The notes under the pieces were generated by a model that saw only the letters and a list, made by a program, of their open reading frames with translations, made no database searches and had not been told where the DNA came from. The translations under genes were made by a program, and so were the position numbers. A stretch of DNA of 64,000 bases, from the NCBI GenBank assembly GCA_030695905.1, contig JAUYOL010000004.1, positions 2,874 through 66,873 of the forward strand. The letters run 5' to 3'. Shown piece by piece: positions 45,860-56,139 of this stretch. Position 1 is the stretch's first letter; every line of letters begins with the position of its first letter. The DNA is from Candidatus Omnitrophota bacterium (GTDB lineage Bacteria > Omnitrophota > Gorgyraeia > 2-01-FULL-45-10).

Positions 45860-46606
45860 GTGAAAGCTATAGGGGTAATACCCGCAAGATGGGGTTCCAC
45901 AAGATTTGAAGGTAAGGTACTGGCGGATCTTCTGGGTAAGCCGGTGATACAGCATGTTTGGGAGAGCGCGAAAAAGGCGAAGACGCTGGACGACCTTGTT
46001 GTTGCGTGTGATGATGAGCGCATAATGAAGGTTGTGCAGGAGTTCGGCGGGAAAGCGGTCTATACGTCCGTCGACCAGCCGTCCGGCACCGACCGGCTCG
46101 CGGAAGTAGTGAACCCTCTGGACGTGAAGATAGCGGTAAATATACAGGGCGATGAGCCGCTTGTTAAGCCCATCATGATAGATAATCTCGTGATGGCTCT
46201 TGAAGATGAGAAGACCGCGCAGATGGCGACTATGGTAAAGAAGATAGAAGACGAAGAAGAGCTTACGAATTCAAATGTGGTAAAGGCTATCTTTGATAAG
46301 AATGGATACGCGATATATTTTTCGCGTTACGCTATACCGTATAATAGGACAAACAGCGTCGATAAAGATAAGAAGCCGGTATATTATAAACATATAGGCA
46401 TGTACGCGTTTACCAAGGACTTTTTATTCACATTCAGAAATCTGCCTAAATCATCTCTCGAAAACGCGGAAAAACTTGAACAGCTGCGCGTGCTGGAGTA
46501 TGGTTACAAGATAAAGATAGTTGAAACGAAGTTCGATACAATCGGTGTTGATACGCATGAAGATCTGTTGAGAGTAAAAGAGATGATGTTGTCTGAAAGA
46601 TACTAA
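45860..46606 (+). CDS. kdsB: 3-deoxy-manno-octulosonate cytidylyltransferase (CMP-Kdo synthetase)
   Basis: IGVIPARWGSTRFEGK is the nucleotidyltransferase motif. The length is as expected for KdsB. Confidence 0.9.
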   Translation: MKAIGVIPARWGSTRFEGKVLADLLGKPVIQHVWESAKKAKTLDDLVVACDDERIMKVVQEFGGKAVYTSVDQPSGTDRLAEVVNPLDVKIAVNIQGDEPLVKPIMIDNLVMALEDEKTAQMATMVKKIEDEEELTNSNVVKAIFDKNGYAIYFSRYAIPYNRTNSVDKDKKPVYYKHIGMYAFTKDFLFTFRNLPKSSLENAEKLEQLRVLEYGYKIKIVETKFDTIGVDTHEDLLRVKEMMLSERY

Positions 46607-46618
46607 AGGTAAAATATA

Positions 46619-47443
46619 ATGCAGTCTACCAAAGAGATAAAGATAGGCAATGTAAAGATAGGGGCGGGTAATCCGCTTGTCCTTATCGCGGGGCCATGTG
46701 TTATAGAATCCGAATCAAGCGCCGTAAGGCACGCGAAGGCGTTAAAAGATGTAACGAGGCGGCTTGGAGTGCCTTTTATATTCAAATCAAGTTACGATAA
46801 AGCGAATAGATCCTCCGTGAATTCATTCAGGGGCCCCGGACTTAAGAAGGGATTGAAGATACTGCATAAGATAAAAGAGGAATTGGCCCTACCCATCCTT
46901 TCCGATGTACACTGCAAGGAAGAGGTTAGGGAAGCTTCAAAGGTGCTGGACGTAATCCAGATACCGGCTTTTCTCTCAAGACAGACGGATCTGATATTGG
47001 CGGCGGCCAATACAGGCAAAGTAGTCAATATAAAGAAGGGGCAGTTCTTAGCGCCCTGGGACATGCGCAATGTAGTTAAGAAGATAGAGTCGAGCGGAAA
47101 CAAAAAGATAATTCTTACCGAAAGGGGAGTAAGCTTCGGTTATAATAATCTTGTAAGTGATTTCAGGTCTGTGCTGATAATGAAAGAGATGGGTTATCCG
47201 GTTGTATACGACGCGACTCACTCTGTCCAGATGCCGGGGGGGTTAGGGGATAAATCCGGCGGTGAAAGCAAATTCATACCATATCTATCGATGGCCGCGG
47301 TTGCCTGCGGTGTCGATGGTATCTTTATAGAGGTACACGAAAATCCTTCAAAGTCATTGAGTGACGGTCCCAATATGGTAAAGCTCTCCGAGCTTGAAAA
47401 AATACTGATGAAGTTAAAGAAGATAGAAAGGGCGGCAAGATAA
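46619..47443 (+). CDS. kdsA: 2-dehydro-3-deoxyphosphooctonate aldolase (Kdo-8-P synthase)
   Basis: Has LIAGPCVIES of the DAHP/KDO8P synthase family. The gene is 274 aa. Confidence 0.9.
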   Translation: MQSTKEIKIGNVKIGAGNPLVLIAGPCVIESESSAVRHAKALKDVTRRLGVPFIFKSSYDKANRSSVNSFRGPGLKKGLKILHKIKEELALPILSDVHCKEEVREASKVLDVIQIPAFLSRQTDLILAAANTGKVVNIKKGQFLAPWDMRNVVKKIESSGNKKIILTERGVSFGYNNLVSDFRSVLIMKEMGYPVVYDATHSVQMPGGLGDKSGGESKFIPYLSMAAVACGVDGIFIEVHENPSKSLSDGPNMVKLSELEKILMKLKKIERAAR

Positions 47444-48402
47444 TGGCTAAAAGAATAGCCAAAAATGTCCTTACGATAGAACGCGACGCTTTATCTGATC
47501 TGATAAAGAGGATAGACTCCGGTTTTGAAAAGGCTGTAAACGCCTTGTATAAAACAAAAGGGCGCGTGATAGTCACGGGAATGGGCAAGCCCGGTTTTAT
47601 CGCGCAGAAGATATCGGCAACACTCTCTTCTACCGGCACACCTTCGCTGTATCTGCATCCGGCAGAAGCGTTGCACGGCGACTTAGGTAGAGTGACGAAG
47701 GAAGATATTATACTGGCGCTTTCAAATAGCGGCGAGACGGATGAAATAATCAAATTTTTACCTATTGTGAAGAAGATAGGCGCGAAATTGATCGCTATGG
47801 TCGGAAATACAAAATCCACACTCGCGAAGAACGCGGATTATATTATAAATACCTCGGTAAAGAGAGAGGCGTGTTCGTTAGGACTGGCTCCCACAACATC
47901 GACCACAGCAATGCTCGCCATGGGAGACGCTCTTGCGGTAGCCCTGCTTGATAAAAAAGGTTTTAAGGAGAATGATTTTGCTTTCTTTCACCCGGGAGGG
48001 ATACTGGGCAAGAGGTTATTGTTAAGCGTAGGCGATATCATGAGGAAGGGCAGCGATAACCCTATAGTTAACGAGAATTGCCCTGTCAAAAGAGTTTTGC
48101 TTGCTATAACAAAGGCACGCGCGGGAAGCGCAAGCGTGGTTGATTTTAAGGGTAAGCTGATCGGAATATTTACCGACGGTGACTTAAGAAGGCACATAGA
48201 AGGCCAACCCGATCTTATTAATAAAAAAGTCAGGGACGTCATGACTAAAAATCCGGTAACTATAAGCAAAGACAGGCTGGCGGCGGAAGCCTTTGATATA
48301 CTCCGATCAAAAAAGATAGACGAAATTCCGGTTGTCGATAACAAAAAGCGGCCTGTTGGATTGTTAGATGTGCAGGATCTGCTTAAAGCAGGGCTCGTAT
48401 GA
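47443..48402 (+). CDS. kdsD: Arabinose-5-phosphate isomerase (SIS domain plus tandem CBS)
   Basis: Has the SIS motif (VIVTGMGKPGFIAQKISATLSSTG) and two C-terminal CBS domains. Confidence 0.88.
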   Translation: MAKRIAKNVLTIERDALSDLIKRIDSGFEKAVNALYKTKGRVIVTGMGKPGFIAQKISATLSSTGTPSLYLHPAEALHGDLGRVTKEDIILALSNSGETDEIIKFLPIVKKIGAKLIAMVGNTKSTLAKNADYIINTSVKREACSLGLAPTTSTTAMLAMGDALAVALLDKKGFKENDFAFFHPGGILGKRLLLSVGDIMRKGSDNPIVNENCPVKRVLLAITKARAGSASVVDFKGKLIGIFTDGDLRRHIEGQPDLINKKVRDVMTKNPVTISKDRLAAEAFDILRSKKIDEIPVVDNKKRPVGLLDVQDLLKAGLV

Positions 48403-48929
48403 TAAGTAAAGAGATCGTGGAAAAAGCGAAGCGCGTGAAGATGCTTATCAGCGACATAGACGGTGTTATGACCGACGGCCGTATAGTATACAGCATTTAC
48501 GGCGATGAACTGAAATTTTTTGATGTCACAGACGGTTTCGGTATGTCGCTTTTGAACAGGGCCGGCATAAAGACCGTCATAATGACCGCGAAAAAATCCA
48601 GGATAGTGAAGATGCGCGGCCGCGATTTAAAGGTGGCAAGAGTGTATGCCGGGTTCCTGGATAAGATGATACCTTTTAACGACCTATTAAAAAGATTCAA
48701 GATTAATCCCGAAGAGATATGTTTTATAGGGGATGACCTAATAGACCTTCCGGTATTGAAGAGGGTGGGCTTTGCCGTATCTGTGCCAAACGCTATGGAA
48801 GAGGTAAAAGTAGCCGCGCACTACGTTACCTCAAAATCAGGCGGACGCGGCGCTGTGCGCGAAGTCTGCAATCTTATCTTAAAGAGCCAGGACAAGTGGG
48901 ACCAGGCCACAGCCAAATACTTCAAGTAG
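48399..48929 (+). CDS. kdsC: Kdo-8-phosphate phosphatase (HAD-IIIA)
   Basis: Has LISDIDGVMTDGRIVY (HAD motif I), together with FIGDDLIDLP. Confidence 0.88.
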   Translation: MISKEIVEKAKRVKMLISDIDGVMTDGRIVYSIYGDELKFFDVTDGFGMSLLNRAGIKTVIMTAKKSRIVKMRGRDLKVARVYAGFLDKMIPFNDLLKRFKINPEEICFIGDDLIDLPVLKRVGFAVSVPNAMEEVKVAAHYVTSKSGGRGAVREVCNLILKSQDKWDQATAKYFK

Positions 48930-48980
48930 CATCCATCCGCCTTGACATTGTAACCTTATTATTATATATTTATATGGTTT

Positions 48981-49874
48981 ATGAAATATAAGTATAGGAG
49001 GTATTATCTATATTACCTCGGAAGGGTTGCCGCGTTTTTAGTATATTTACTGCCTATGAGCGTCAGTTCGGCGATTGCCGCTTTTTTCGGCAGATGCGCG
49101 TTTTTCCTTCTTCCCAAATATAGAGATATAGCCATAGATAACCTTACTCACGCTTTTGGCGCGGAAAAGACACCGCGCCAGATTAAGGATATCGCGATTA
49201 AGGTATTTGAAAATCTCGGCAGAAACGCCGCCGAGCTTATCAATTTTCCGAAGATAAAAGAAGATAATATAGACCGCTTTGTTAGCGTAGAAGGCCTTGA
49301 TACTGTAGACGGATCTTTCGCAAGAGGTAAGGGTACCATAATACTGGCATCCCACTTCGGTAATTGGGAGCTTTTGGGGCTGACATTCCGCGTTAAAGGC
49401 TATCCGGGCTCTACCATAGGCCGGAAGATATATTTTTATAAATACGACAACTGGCTTAATAACCTGCGAAGGGCGCGGGATATCAATGTCATCTACCGTG
49501 ATGAGTCGCCAAGGAAGATGCTAAGGGTGCTGAAGGATAACAAGATACTTGGCATAGTCGCGGACCAGGATGTTGATTCGGTCGAAGGCGTATTCGTGAA
49601 TTTTTTCGGGAGGCCCGCTTATACACCAGTGGGTCCGGCGGTGTTGGCTCAAGCTACAGGAGCCAGCCTGATACCGACTTTTGTGATCCGCGAAGGCAAT
49701 CGTCACCGTTTTGTTGTAGAAAAACCGGTAGAATTGATAAATACCGGAAATAAAGAGGCGGATATAGTAACGAATACTCAAAAATGGTCGGATGTTGTAG
49801 AATCGTACATAAGACGCTACCCGGAACAGTGGGTATGGGTGCATAAACGCTGGAAGACCAAAAAAGAAAGTTAA
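48981..49874 (+). CDS. Lipid A biosynthesis lauroyl/myristoyl acyltransferase (LpxL/LpxM family), stand-alone paralog
   Basis: Has the HX4D-type motif (ASHFGNWEL), an N-terminal TM, and QWVWVHKRWK near the C-terminus, as in LpxL. Confidence 0.8.
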   Translation: MKYKYRRYYLYYLGRVAAFLVYLLPMSVSSAIAAFFGRCAFFLLPKYRDIAIDNLTHAFGAEKTPRQIKDIAIKVFENLGRNAAELINFPKIKEDNIDRFVSVEGLDTVDGSFARGKGTIILASHFGNWELLGLTFRVKGYPGSTIGRKIYFYKYDNWLNNLRRARDINVIYRDESPRKMLRVLKDNKILGIVADQDVDSVEGVFVNFFGRPAYTPVGPAVLAQATGASLIPTFVIREGNRHRFVVEKPVELINTGNKEADIVTNTQKWSDVVESYIRRYPEQWVWVHKRWKTKKES

Positions 49875-49875
49875 A

Positions 49876-50667
49876 ATGAAAAAATATTTATTATTAGGAT
49901 TGCTTATAACGGCCTTTATATCCACCGGCTGCGGCAAGAAAGAACCGCCCAGGGTGGAAGACGCCGCGTCTTCGAGCGATACTCAAGAGGCAAGCTCTTC
50001 CGGAGCGAAAAAAGACGGTGTAGAGCATAAGGTGCTTTCTTTTAACCTCGAAGGCCTTACCGACAAGGGAGAAAAGAAGTGGGAGGTTATAGGCAGGACA
50101 GCCCGCTCCATATCAGAAAATGAGATAAGGCTGGGCGATATTATCGCTAAGACATATGGCGATCAGGAAGCTGTTATAACCGCGGATCAGGGTGTATACG
50201 ATAAATCGAAGAATAATGTCAGGCTTGAAAAGAATGTAAAGGCGACTATAGAGAATGCCGGTTCGGTAATGAAAGATCAGATAGGTTTTCCGATAGATAC
50301 TGTCGCTTCAGAAAAAAAAGATCTTCCAGGTAACAGGAAGAAGATAGTGATTACCTGTGACGGAGAGGTGGAATTCGATTATGCAAAGAACCTGGCGTAT
50401 TTCAGGAAGAACGTAAAAGTAAGAAGTGAAGACGGTGACATAGACGCGGACAGGATAACCGTTAATCTGGATCCGAAGACGAAGAAGATAAACGATATAG
50501 TTGCTGATGGGCGGGTAAAGATCACGCAGAAAGAGAATGTGGCCTACAGCGACAACGCTAAATATAGCGAAGCGGATAAGAAAGTTCTATTGAGCGGAAG
50601 CCCCAAGATAGAGATGGCTCAAGACACCGGTGATAGTTTTGTAAAAGACAGATTCCCAGAGAGGTAA
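49876..50667 (+). CDS. LptC/LptA (OstA-like fold) LPS-transport protein, predicted lipoprotein (lipobox ISTGC)
   Basis: Has a lipoprotein signal peptide and an OstA-like beta-jellyroll segment (ITADQGVYDKSKNNVRLEKNVKA). It lies immediately upstream of lptB. Confidence 0.6.
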   Translation: MKKYLLLGLLITAFISTGCGKKEPPRVEDAASSSDTQEASSSGAKKDGVEHKVLSFNLEGLTDKGEKKWEVIGRTARSISENEIRLGDIIAKTYGDQEAVITADQGVYDKSKNNVRLEKNVKATIENAGSVMKDQIGFPIDTVASEKKDLPGNRKKIVITCDGEVEFDYAKNLAYFRKNVKVRSEDGDIDADRITVNLDPKTKKINDIVADGRVKITQKENVAYSDNAKYSEADKKVLLSGSPKIEMAQDTGDSFVKDRFPER

Positions 50668-50670
50668 AAT

Positions 50671-51393
50671 ATGCATCTATTAGAAACGACCGGTTTGGTA
50701 AAGGTGTATGGTAAAAGGTGCGTCGTTGATTCTGTAGATATAAATGTCAAGAGGGGCGAAGTTGTTGGGTTGCTCGGCCCAAACGGCGCCGGCAAAACTA
50801 CCACATTTTATATGATAACCGGCCTGATACAACCTGACCGGGGCAGAATAATATTTGACAGGCAGGATATTACCGGTACGCCGATGCATATACGCGCGCG
50901 TTCCGGGATAGGGTATCTATCCCAGGAGCCGTCCATATTCAGAAAACTGACCGTTGAAGAAAATATCATGGCCGTTTTAGAGACGCTCGATTTTTCTCCC
51001 CGCGAAAGAAAAAGAAGATGTGATGAGTTATTGGGTGAGCTTAAAATAAGCCACTTGAGGAAGAACATGGCATATACGCTTTCGGGCGGAGAGAAGAGGC
51101 GTGTTGAGATAACGAGGGCGCTGGTAACGAATCCTATGTTTATTCTTCTGGACGAACCTTTTAGCGGCATAGACCCGATAGCCGTGGGCGAGTGCCAGGA
51201 GATAATAAAAGAGTTGCGCGACAAAGGGTTGGGCATACTCTTAACCGACCACAATGTGAGAGAGACGCTCACGATATGCGACAGGTCGTACTTAATGGCA
51301 GATGGAAGGATATTGATTTCAGGGCCAAAGGAAGATCTAATATCAAATCCCAGGGCCAGAGAGATATACTTAGGCGAAAAATTTACGATGTAA
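50671..51393 (+). CDS. lptB: LPS export ABC transporter ATP-binding protein LptB
   Basis: Has Walker A (GLLGPNGAGKTT), signature (LSGGEKRR) and Walker B (ILLDEPFSGID) motifs. The gene is 240 aa. Confidence 0.88.
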   Translation: MHLLETTGLVKVYGKRCVVDSVDINVKRGEVVGLLGPNGAGKTTTFYMITGLIQPDRGRIIFDRQDITGTPMHIRARSGIGYLSQEPSIFRKLTVEENIMAVLETLDFSPRERKRRCDELLGELKISHLRKNMAYTLSGGEKRRVEITRALVTNPMFILLDEPFSGIDPIAVGECQEIIKELRDKGLGILLTDHNVRETLTICDRSYLMADGRILISGPKEDLISNPRAREIYLGEKFTM

Positions 51394-51407
51394 ATTAAGC
51401 ACCTTTG

Positions 51408-51416
51408 TGATATAAT
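51408..51416 (+). promoter_or_regulatory. Possible extended -10 promoter (TGA-TATAAT) for tig
   Basis: TGnTATAAT is at 51408-51416, about 40 nt upstream of the tig ATG. I found no good -35. Confidence 0.35.
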
Positions 51417-51456
51417 CTACACTTCCCAAAAAAAGAAAGATAAGGTAAAAGATAAG

Positions 51457-52734
51457 ATGAAGTCAAAAGTAAAACCGATAGAAGAATGTACGACGCTTTT
51501 TGAGATAGAAGTGCCCAAAGAGACTATAGATCAGGCGTTCGAAGAGGCATATGCCCAGATAACAAAGGTGGCTTCGTTGCCGGGTTTCAGGGCGGGAAAA
51601 GTACCCAGGGATCTCGTTAAGAAGCATTTCGCTAAAGAAGCCAAGAAGGATGTCATAGACCGTGTGATATCGGATGCCTACCAGAAGGCCCTCGAAGAGC
51701 ACAAGATAGAGCCCATAGGTTTCCCCGACATAACCGACCTGGTGCTGGAAGAAGGCAGTCCGATGTCTTTTAAGGCCAGTGTAGACACGCGCCCGAAGTT
51801 TAAGATTAAAAATTATAAAGGTATTCAGGTTGACAAGAAAAAGGTGCAGATTAAGGACGAGGACGTAAAAAAAGCTATAGATAATCTTCGTGAGTATACG
51901 GCGAAATATGTAGCCGTCGAAGACAGGCCCGCGCAGTGGGAAGATTATATCGTAACCGATCTTGAACGCTCCATCGAGGGTAAGCCTGGGTGCGAGAAGA
52001 AGGATAATTTCTGGCTGCTGCTTGATAAAGAGTCCCTGCTAAGCGGATTAACGGAAAAAATAATAGGCATGAAGAAGGGCGAAGAACGCGATATAGAAGT
52101 TAATATGCCGGAAAAATATCCCGATAAGGATTTGGCCGGTAAAAAAGCGAAGTACCATGTAAAGATCAAAGAGATAAAGTTGAGACAGTTGCCCAATATA
52201 GATGACGATTTTGCCAAGGATCTGGGTAAGGAAAATTTAGAAGATCTAAAAAAAGAGATAGCGGCGGAGTTGGAAAAAAAGATGAAGTCGGATAGCGAGA
52301 TAGCTACGGAGAACCAGCTCCTCAATAAGCTCATGGATGAGAACAGCTTTTCCGTGCCGTCATCTTTGGTTAACAAACAGATACGCCTTATGACGGAGAA
52401 CGCGAAGGCGAAACTTACGCAAAAAGGATTCAGCAAAGAAGACCTCGAAAAAAAGAATGAAGAATTTACGGGCCGGTTCAAAGATGACGCGGTAAGGCAG
52501 GTCAGGCTTCTGTTTATTCTGGACAGGATAGCTACCAGCGAAAATATAGATGCTGACCAGAAGGATCTCGATAGCGCGTACAAGTCGATATCCATTCAGT
52601 CGGGCAAGGGCGAACAGGAAGTAAAAAGTTATTACGAAAAAGAGGGGTTGGTAGATAATCTTTTGGAGAGGATAAGAGAAGAGAAGACGATAGAATTCTT
52701 ACTCAAGTCCGCTGACGTAAAAGAAAAGGATTAA
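51457..52734 (+). CDS. tig: Trigger factor
   Basis: Has the N-terminal ribosome-binding domain (GFRAGKVP), a central PPIase domain and a C-terminal domain. It sits in the canonical tig-clpP order. Confidence 0.9.
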   Translation: MKSKVKPIEECTTLFEIEVPKETIDQAFEEAYAQITKVASLPGFRAGKVPRDLVKKHFAKEAKKDVIDRVISDAYQKALEEHKIEPIGFPDITDLVLEEGSPMSFKASVDTRPKFKIKNYKGIQVDKKKVQIKDEDVKKAIDNLREYTAKYVAVEDRPAQWEDYIVTDLERSIEGKPGCEKKDNFWLLLDKESLLSGLTEKIIGMKKGEERDIEVNMPEKYPDKDLAGKKAKYHVKIKEIKLRQLPNIDDDFAKDLGKENLEDLKKEIAAELEKKMKSDSEIATENQLLNKLMDENSFSVPSSLVNKQIRLMTENAKAKLTQKGFSKEDLEKKNEEFTGRFKDDAVRQVRLLFILDRIATSENIDADQKDLDSAYKSISIQSGKGEQEVKSYYEKEGLVDNLLERIREEKTIEFLLKSADVKEKD

Positions 52735-52751
52735 CCTTAAGGAGGGGCCAG

Positions 52752-53351
52752 ATGAGCGTATTAGTTCCTATGGTAATTGAGACTACGGGAAGAGGCGAGA
52801 GAGCTTACGATATCTACTCCAGACTGTTAAAGGACAGGATAATCTTTGTAGGCACCGCGATTGACGATGTGGTCGCCAATCTTATTATCGCTCAATTGCT
52901 TTTCCTGCAGATGGAAGAACCCGACAAAGAGATATCGATGTATGTAAATACGCCGGGTGGTTCTGTTACCAGTGGGCTCGCTATATACGATACAATGCAG
53001 TTTGTTAAGCCGGATGTGAGCACTTATTGTGTTGGCCAGGCCTCAAGCATGGGAGCGCTATTGTTGTCGGCGGGTACAGCCGGTAAGCGCTACGCTCTTC
53101 CGCATTCACGTATAATGATACATCAGCCTTGGGGCGGCGTGCAGGGTGCCGCGGCGGATATAAGCATACAGGCCCAGGAGATCTTAAGGCTGCGCGCGAG
53201 ATTAGAAGAGGTGCTCGCAAAGCATACGAAGCAGCCGCTGGAAAAGATAAAGAAAGACACTGACAGGGACTATTTTATGTCCGCGGAAGAGGCAAAGGCT
53301 TACGGAATAGTGGATGAAGTTATAGAGAATATCGCAAAGAAGAAGAAGTAA
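52752..53351 (+). CDS. clpP: ATP-dependent Clp protease proteolytic subunit
   Basis: Has [19 protein letters not shown] and the catalytic Ser context ([11 protein letters not shown]), with His and Asp downstream. Confidence 0.92.
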   Translation: MSVLVPMVIETTGRGERAYDIYSRLLKDRIIFVGTAIDDVVANLIIAQLLFLQMEEPDKEISMYVNTPGGSVTSGLAIYDTMQFVKPDVSTYCVGQASSMGALLLSAGTAGKRYALPHSRIMIHQPWGGVQGAAADISIQAQEILRLRARLEEVLAKHTKQPLEKIKKDTDRDYFMSAEEAKAYGIVDEVIENIAKKKK

Positions 53352-53374
53352 TTTAGCTATTAAGAGAGGACGAC

Positions 53375-54505
53375 ATGAGTAAGAAGTATTTGATGACGCC
53401 CGGGCCTACACCGGTACCAGAAGATATACGGCTTGAGATGGCAAAGCCTATAATTCACCACAGGACAAAGGAATATCAGGCCATATTCAAAGACGCTACG
53501 GAAGGCTTAAAAAAGATATTCAAGACATCTAATGATGTGTATACTTTTACGTCCAGCGGTACGGGAGCCATGGAGGCGTCTATAGCGAATGTTCTTTCGC
53601 AAGGTGATAAAATAATAGTGGTGCGCGGCGGAAAATTCGGTGAAAGATTTGGCGAGATAGCCAAAGCATATGGCGTGGAACCGATAAATATTGATGTCCA
53701 GTGGGGTTCTGCACCTAGTCCGGAATTGATAAAAGATACCTTAAAGAAGAACCCAGGCGTTAAGGGTGTGTATACAACGCTCTGTGAAACATCTACCGCC
53801 ACAGTATTTGATATAAAAGCTATCGGCGAAATTGTGAGGGGTACCAATGCTTTGTTTGTGGTAGATACGATAAGCGGTCTTGGCGCGGATAAATTTGAAA
53901 ATGACGCATGGAACGTTGATATAGCAGTCTGCGGTTCGCAAAAAGGCTTAATGATACCGCCAGGACTTGCTTTCTGTTCTGTCAGCGAGAAGGCATGGAA
54001 AGCTGTCGAGAGCTCTAAAATCCCGAAATTTTATTTCAATTTCAAAAAGTATAAGAAGGCTTGGATGGATACCGATACACCGTTTACATCAGCGATAACA
54101 CTTGTTATAGGGTTGAAGAAGGCGGTGGAGATGATAAATAAGAAGGGCATAGACAGCGTTATAGCCGAGCACGATGCCCAGGCCCGCGCGTTCCGTGATG
54201 CATGTAAAGCGATTGGGTTAGGTGTATTCTCCAAATCGCCTTCATCGGCGGTCACAGCTATTAATACACCCGTTGGCATGGATGCGGATAACCTAATAAA
54301 ACTTTTAAAGACCGAATTTGGGGTAACATTTGCCGGGGGGCAGGAGAGCCTTAAAGGCAAGATATTCAGATGCGCTCACATGGGCGGCATAGATAAAGAG
54401 CATACTATAGAGTCGGTAAAGGCGCTTGAGCAGGCATTAATAAAGCTGGGGCATAATTTTAAAACAGGAACAGCCGTGGCGATAGTAGAGAAAGCACTGC
54501 GGTAA
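53375..54505 (+). CDS. Class V aminotransferase (AGXT/phosphoserine aminotransferase-like), likely SerC-type given the adjacent serA
   Basis: Has a PLP-fold V with SQKGLMIPPGL (the lysine region). It lies immediately upstream of serA. Confidence 0.7.
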   Translation: MSKKYLMTPGPTPVPEDIRLEMAKPIIHHRTKEYQAIFKDATEGLKKIFKTSNDVYTFTSSGTGAMEASIANVLSQGDKIIVVRGGKFGERFGEIAKAYGVEPINIDVQWGSAPSPELIKDTLKKNPGVKGVYTTLCETSTATVFDIKAIGEIVRGTNALFVVDTISGLGADKFENDAWNVDIAVCGSQKGLMIPPGLAFCSVSEKAWKAVESSKIPKFYFNFKKYKKAWMDTDTPFTSAITLVIGLKKAVEMINKKGIDSVIAEHDAQARAFRDACKAIGLGVFSKSPSSAVTAINTPVGMDADNLIKLLKTEFGVTFAGGQESLKGKIFRCAHMGGIDKEHTIESVKALEQALIKLGHNFKTGTAVAIVEKALR

Positions 54506-54530
54506 ACTTTTAGATAATAGGGAGAAGGTT

Positions 54531-56120
54531 ATGCCATACAAGGTTCTTATAAGCGATTCGCTTTCCAAGGAGGCTGTAGAGATCCTCGAGAAAGAGAAAG
54601 ATCTTAAAGTAGACGTTAATACAAAGCTTACGCCCGAGGAGCTCAAGAAAGTCATAAAAGATTATGACGCGCTGTTAGTCCGCTCCAGCACTAAAGTCAC
54701 AAAAGACGTAATAAACGCTGCGGATAAGCTCAAAATAATCGGTCGCGCAGGGGTAGGATTGGATAATGTCGATGTTGAAGCTGCTTCCAAGAAGGGCATT
54801 ATTGTAATAAATACTCCCGGCGGTAATACTATATCTACAGCCGAACATACATTCTCGATGATGTTATCGCTTTCCCGCCGCATACCGCAGGCTGACCTAT
54901 CTATGAAAAAAGGCGAATGGGAAAGAAAGAAATTTATGGGCGTCGAACTCTATGGTAAGGTGCTTGGCATTGTAGGACTTGGAAGAATAGGAACAGAGGT
55001 GGCGAAGAGGGCGTTAAGTTTTAATATGAAGGTCGTGGCATATGATCCGTATCTTTCGTTCGAAAAAGCCAAAGAGCTTGGAATAGAATCTTCAGACCTG
55101 GATAATCTATTAAAAAAATCCGATTATATTACGGTCCATACACCTCTTACAGATGACACAAGGCATGCTATTTCCGATAAGCAGTTTGAGATGATGAAGA
55201 AGGGTGTGAGGATAATAAACTGTGCCAGGGGCGGTATTATAGATGAAGCCGCGCTTATCAAGGCCATAGAATCCGGTAAAGTAGCCGGAGCGGCGATGGA
55301 TGTATACGAAGAAGAGCCGCCGGCGAAAGATTCGAAACTCTTAAAATTGGACAAAGTTGTTTTAACCCCTCATCTTGGCGCGTCGACCGAGGAGGCGCAG
55401 GTCAATGTAGCCATAGATATAGCGAATACGGCCCGCGATATACTTTTGGGCCGCTGCATAAGAAATGCAGTAAATATGCCCTGTGTGGACCCGGAGGTAT
55501 TTAAGGTTATCGAGCCCTATTTAAAGCTTTCGGAAAAGATAGGTTTGATAACAGCGCAGATAGTTGAAGGCCATATTAAGAAGGTTAAGGTAAGATACGT
55601 AGGAGATATATTAAAGTATGATCTTTCGCCCTTTACGGTATCTGTTATGAAGGGTATGCTTACGCCGATATTGCAGGAGACAGTTAATTTTGTAAACGCC
55701 CTGGTGATAGCCAAAGAGCGCGGGATAAGCGTAGTTGAATCAAAGACCACGGAAATCCAGGACTTCGCGAGCCTTATAATAGTGGATGTCGAGACAGACA
55801 AAGCCAAGAGCATGGTGGCAGGAACTTTGTTTACAAAGACGGACCTGAAGATAGTGAAGGTAAATGAGTTTTGGGTCGACTGCGCACCTGAAGGGAATAT
55901 GCTATTCGTATTTAACAAGGACGTTCCCGGCATCATAGGAGAGATAGGAACGATATTCGGCAAGAATAATATAAATATAGCCAGTGTCTCGTTTGGAAGA
56001 GATGTCAAAGGCGGTAAGGCTGTGAGCGTATGGAATGTCGATAGCGATGTGCCCAAAAAAGTGCTGGACGATATTAGAAATGCTAAGAATATACAGGAAG
56101 TGAAGTTAGCAAAATTATAA
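54531..56120 (+). CDS. serA: D-3-phosphoglycerate dehydrogenase with C-terminal ACT domain
   Basis: Has GIVGLGRIGTEVAKRA (NAD-binding) and the 2-hydroxyacid dehydrogenase catalytic region. The 529-aa length allows the ASB and ACT domains. Confidence 0.9.
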   Translation: MPYKVLISDSLSKEAVEILEKEKDLKVDVNTKLTPEELKKVIKDYDALLVRSSTKVTKDVINAADKLKIIGRAGVGLDNVDVEAASKKGIIVINTPGGNTISTAEHTFSMMLSLSRRIPQADLSMKKGEWERKKFMGVELYGKVLGIVGLGRIGTEVAKRALSFNMKVVAYDPYLSFEKAKELGIESSDLDNLLKKSDYITVHTPLTDDTRHAISDKQFEMMKKGVRIINCARGGIIDEAALIKAIESGKVAGAAMDVYEEEPPAKDSKLLKLDKVVLTPHLGASTEEAQVNVAIDIANTARDILLGRCIRNAVNMPCVDPEVFKVIEPYLKLSEKIGLITAQIVEGHIKKVKVRYVGDILKYDLSPFTVSVMKGMLTPILQETVNFVNALVIAKERGISVVESKTTEIQDFASLIIVDVETDKAKSMVAGTLFTKTDLKIVKVNEFWVDCAPEGNMLFVFNKDVPGIIGEIGTIFGKNNINIASVSFGRDVKGGKAVSVWNVDSDVPKKVLDDIRNAKNIQEVKLAKL

Positions 56121-56139
56121 TAATAGAGGGGTGTGATAA

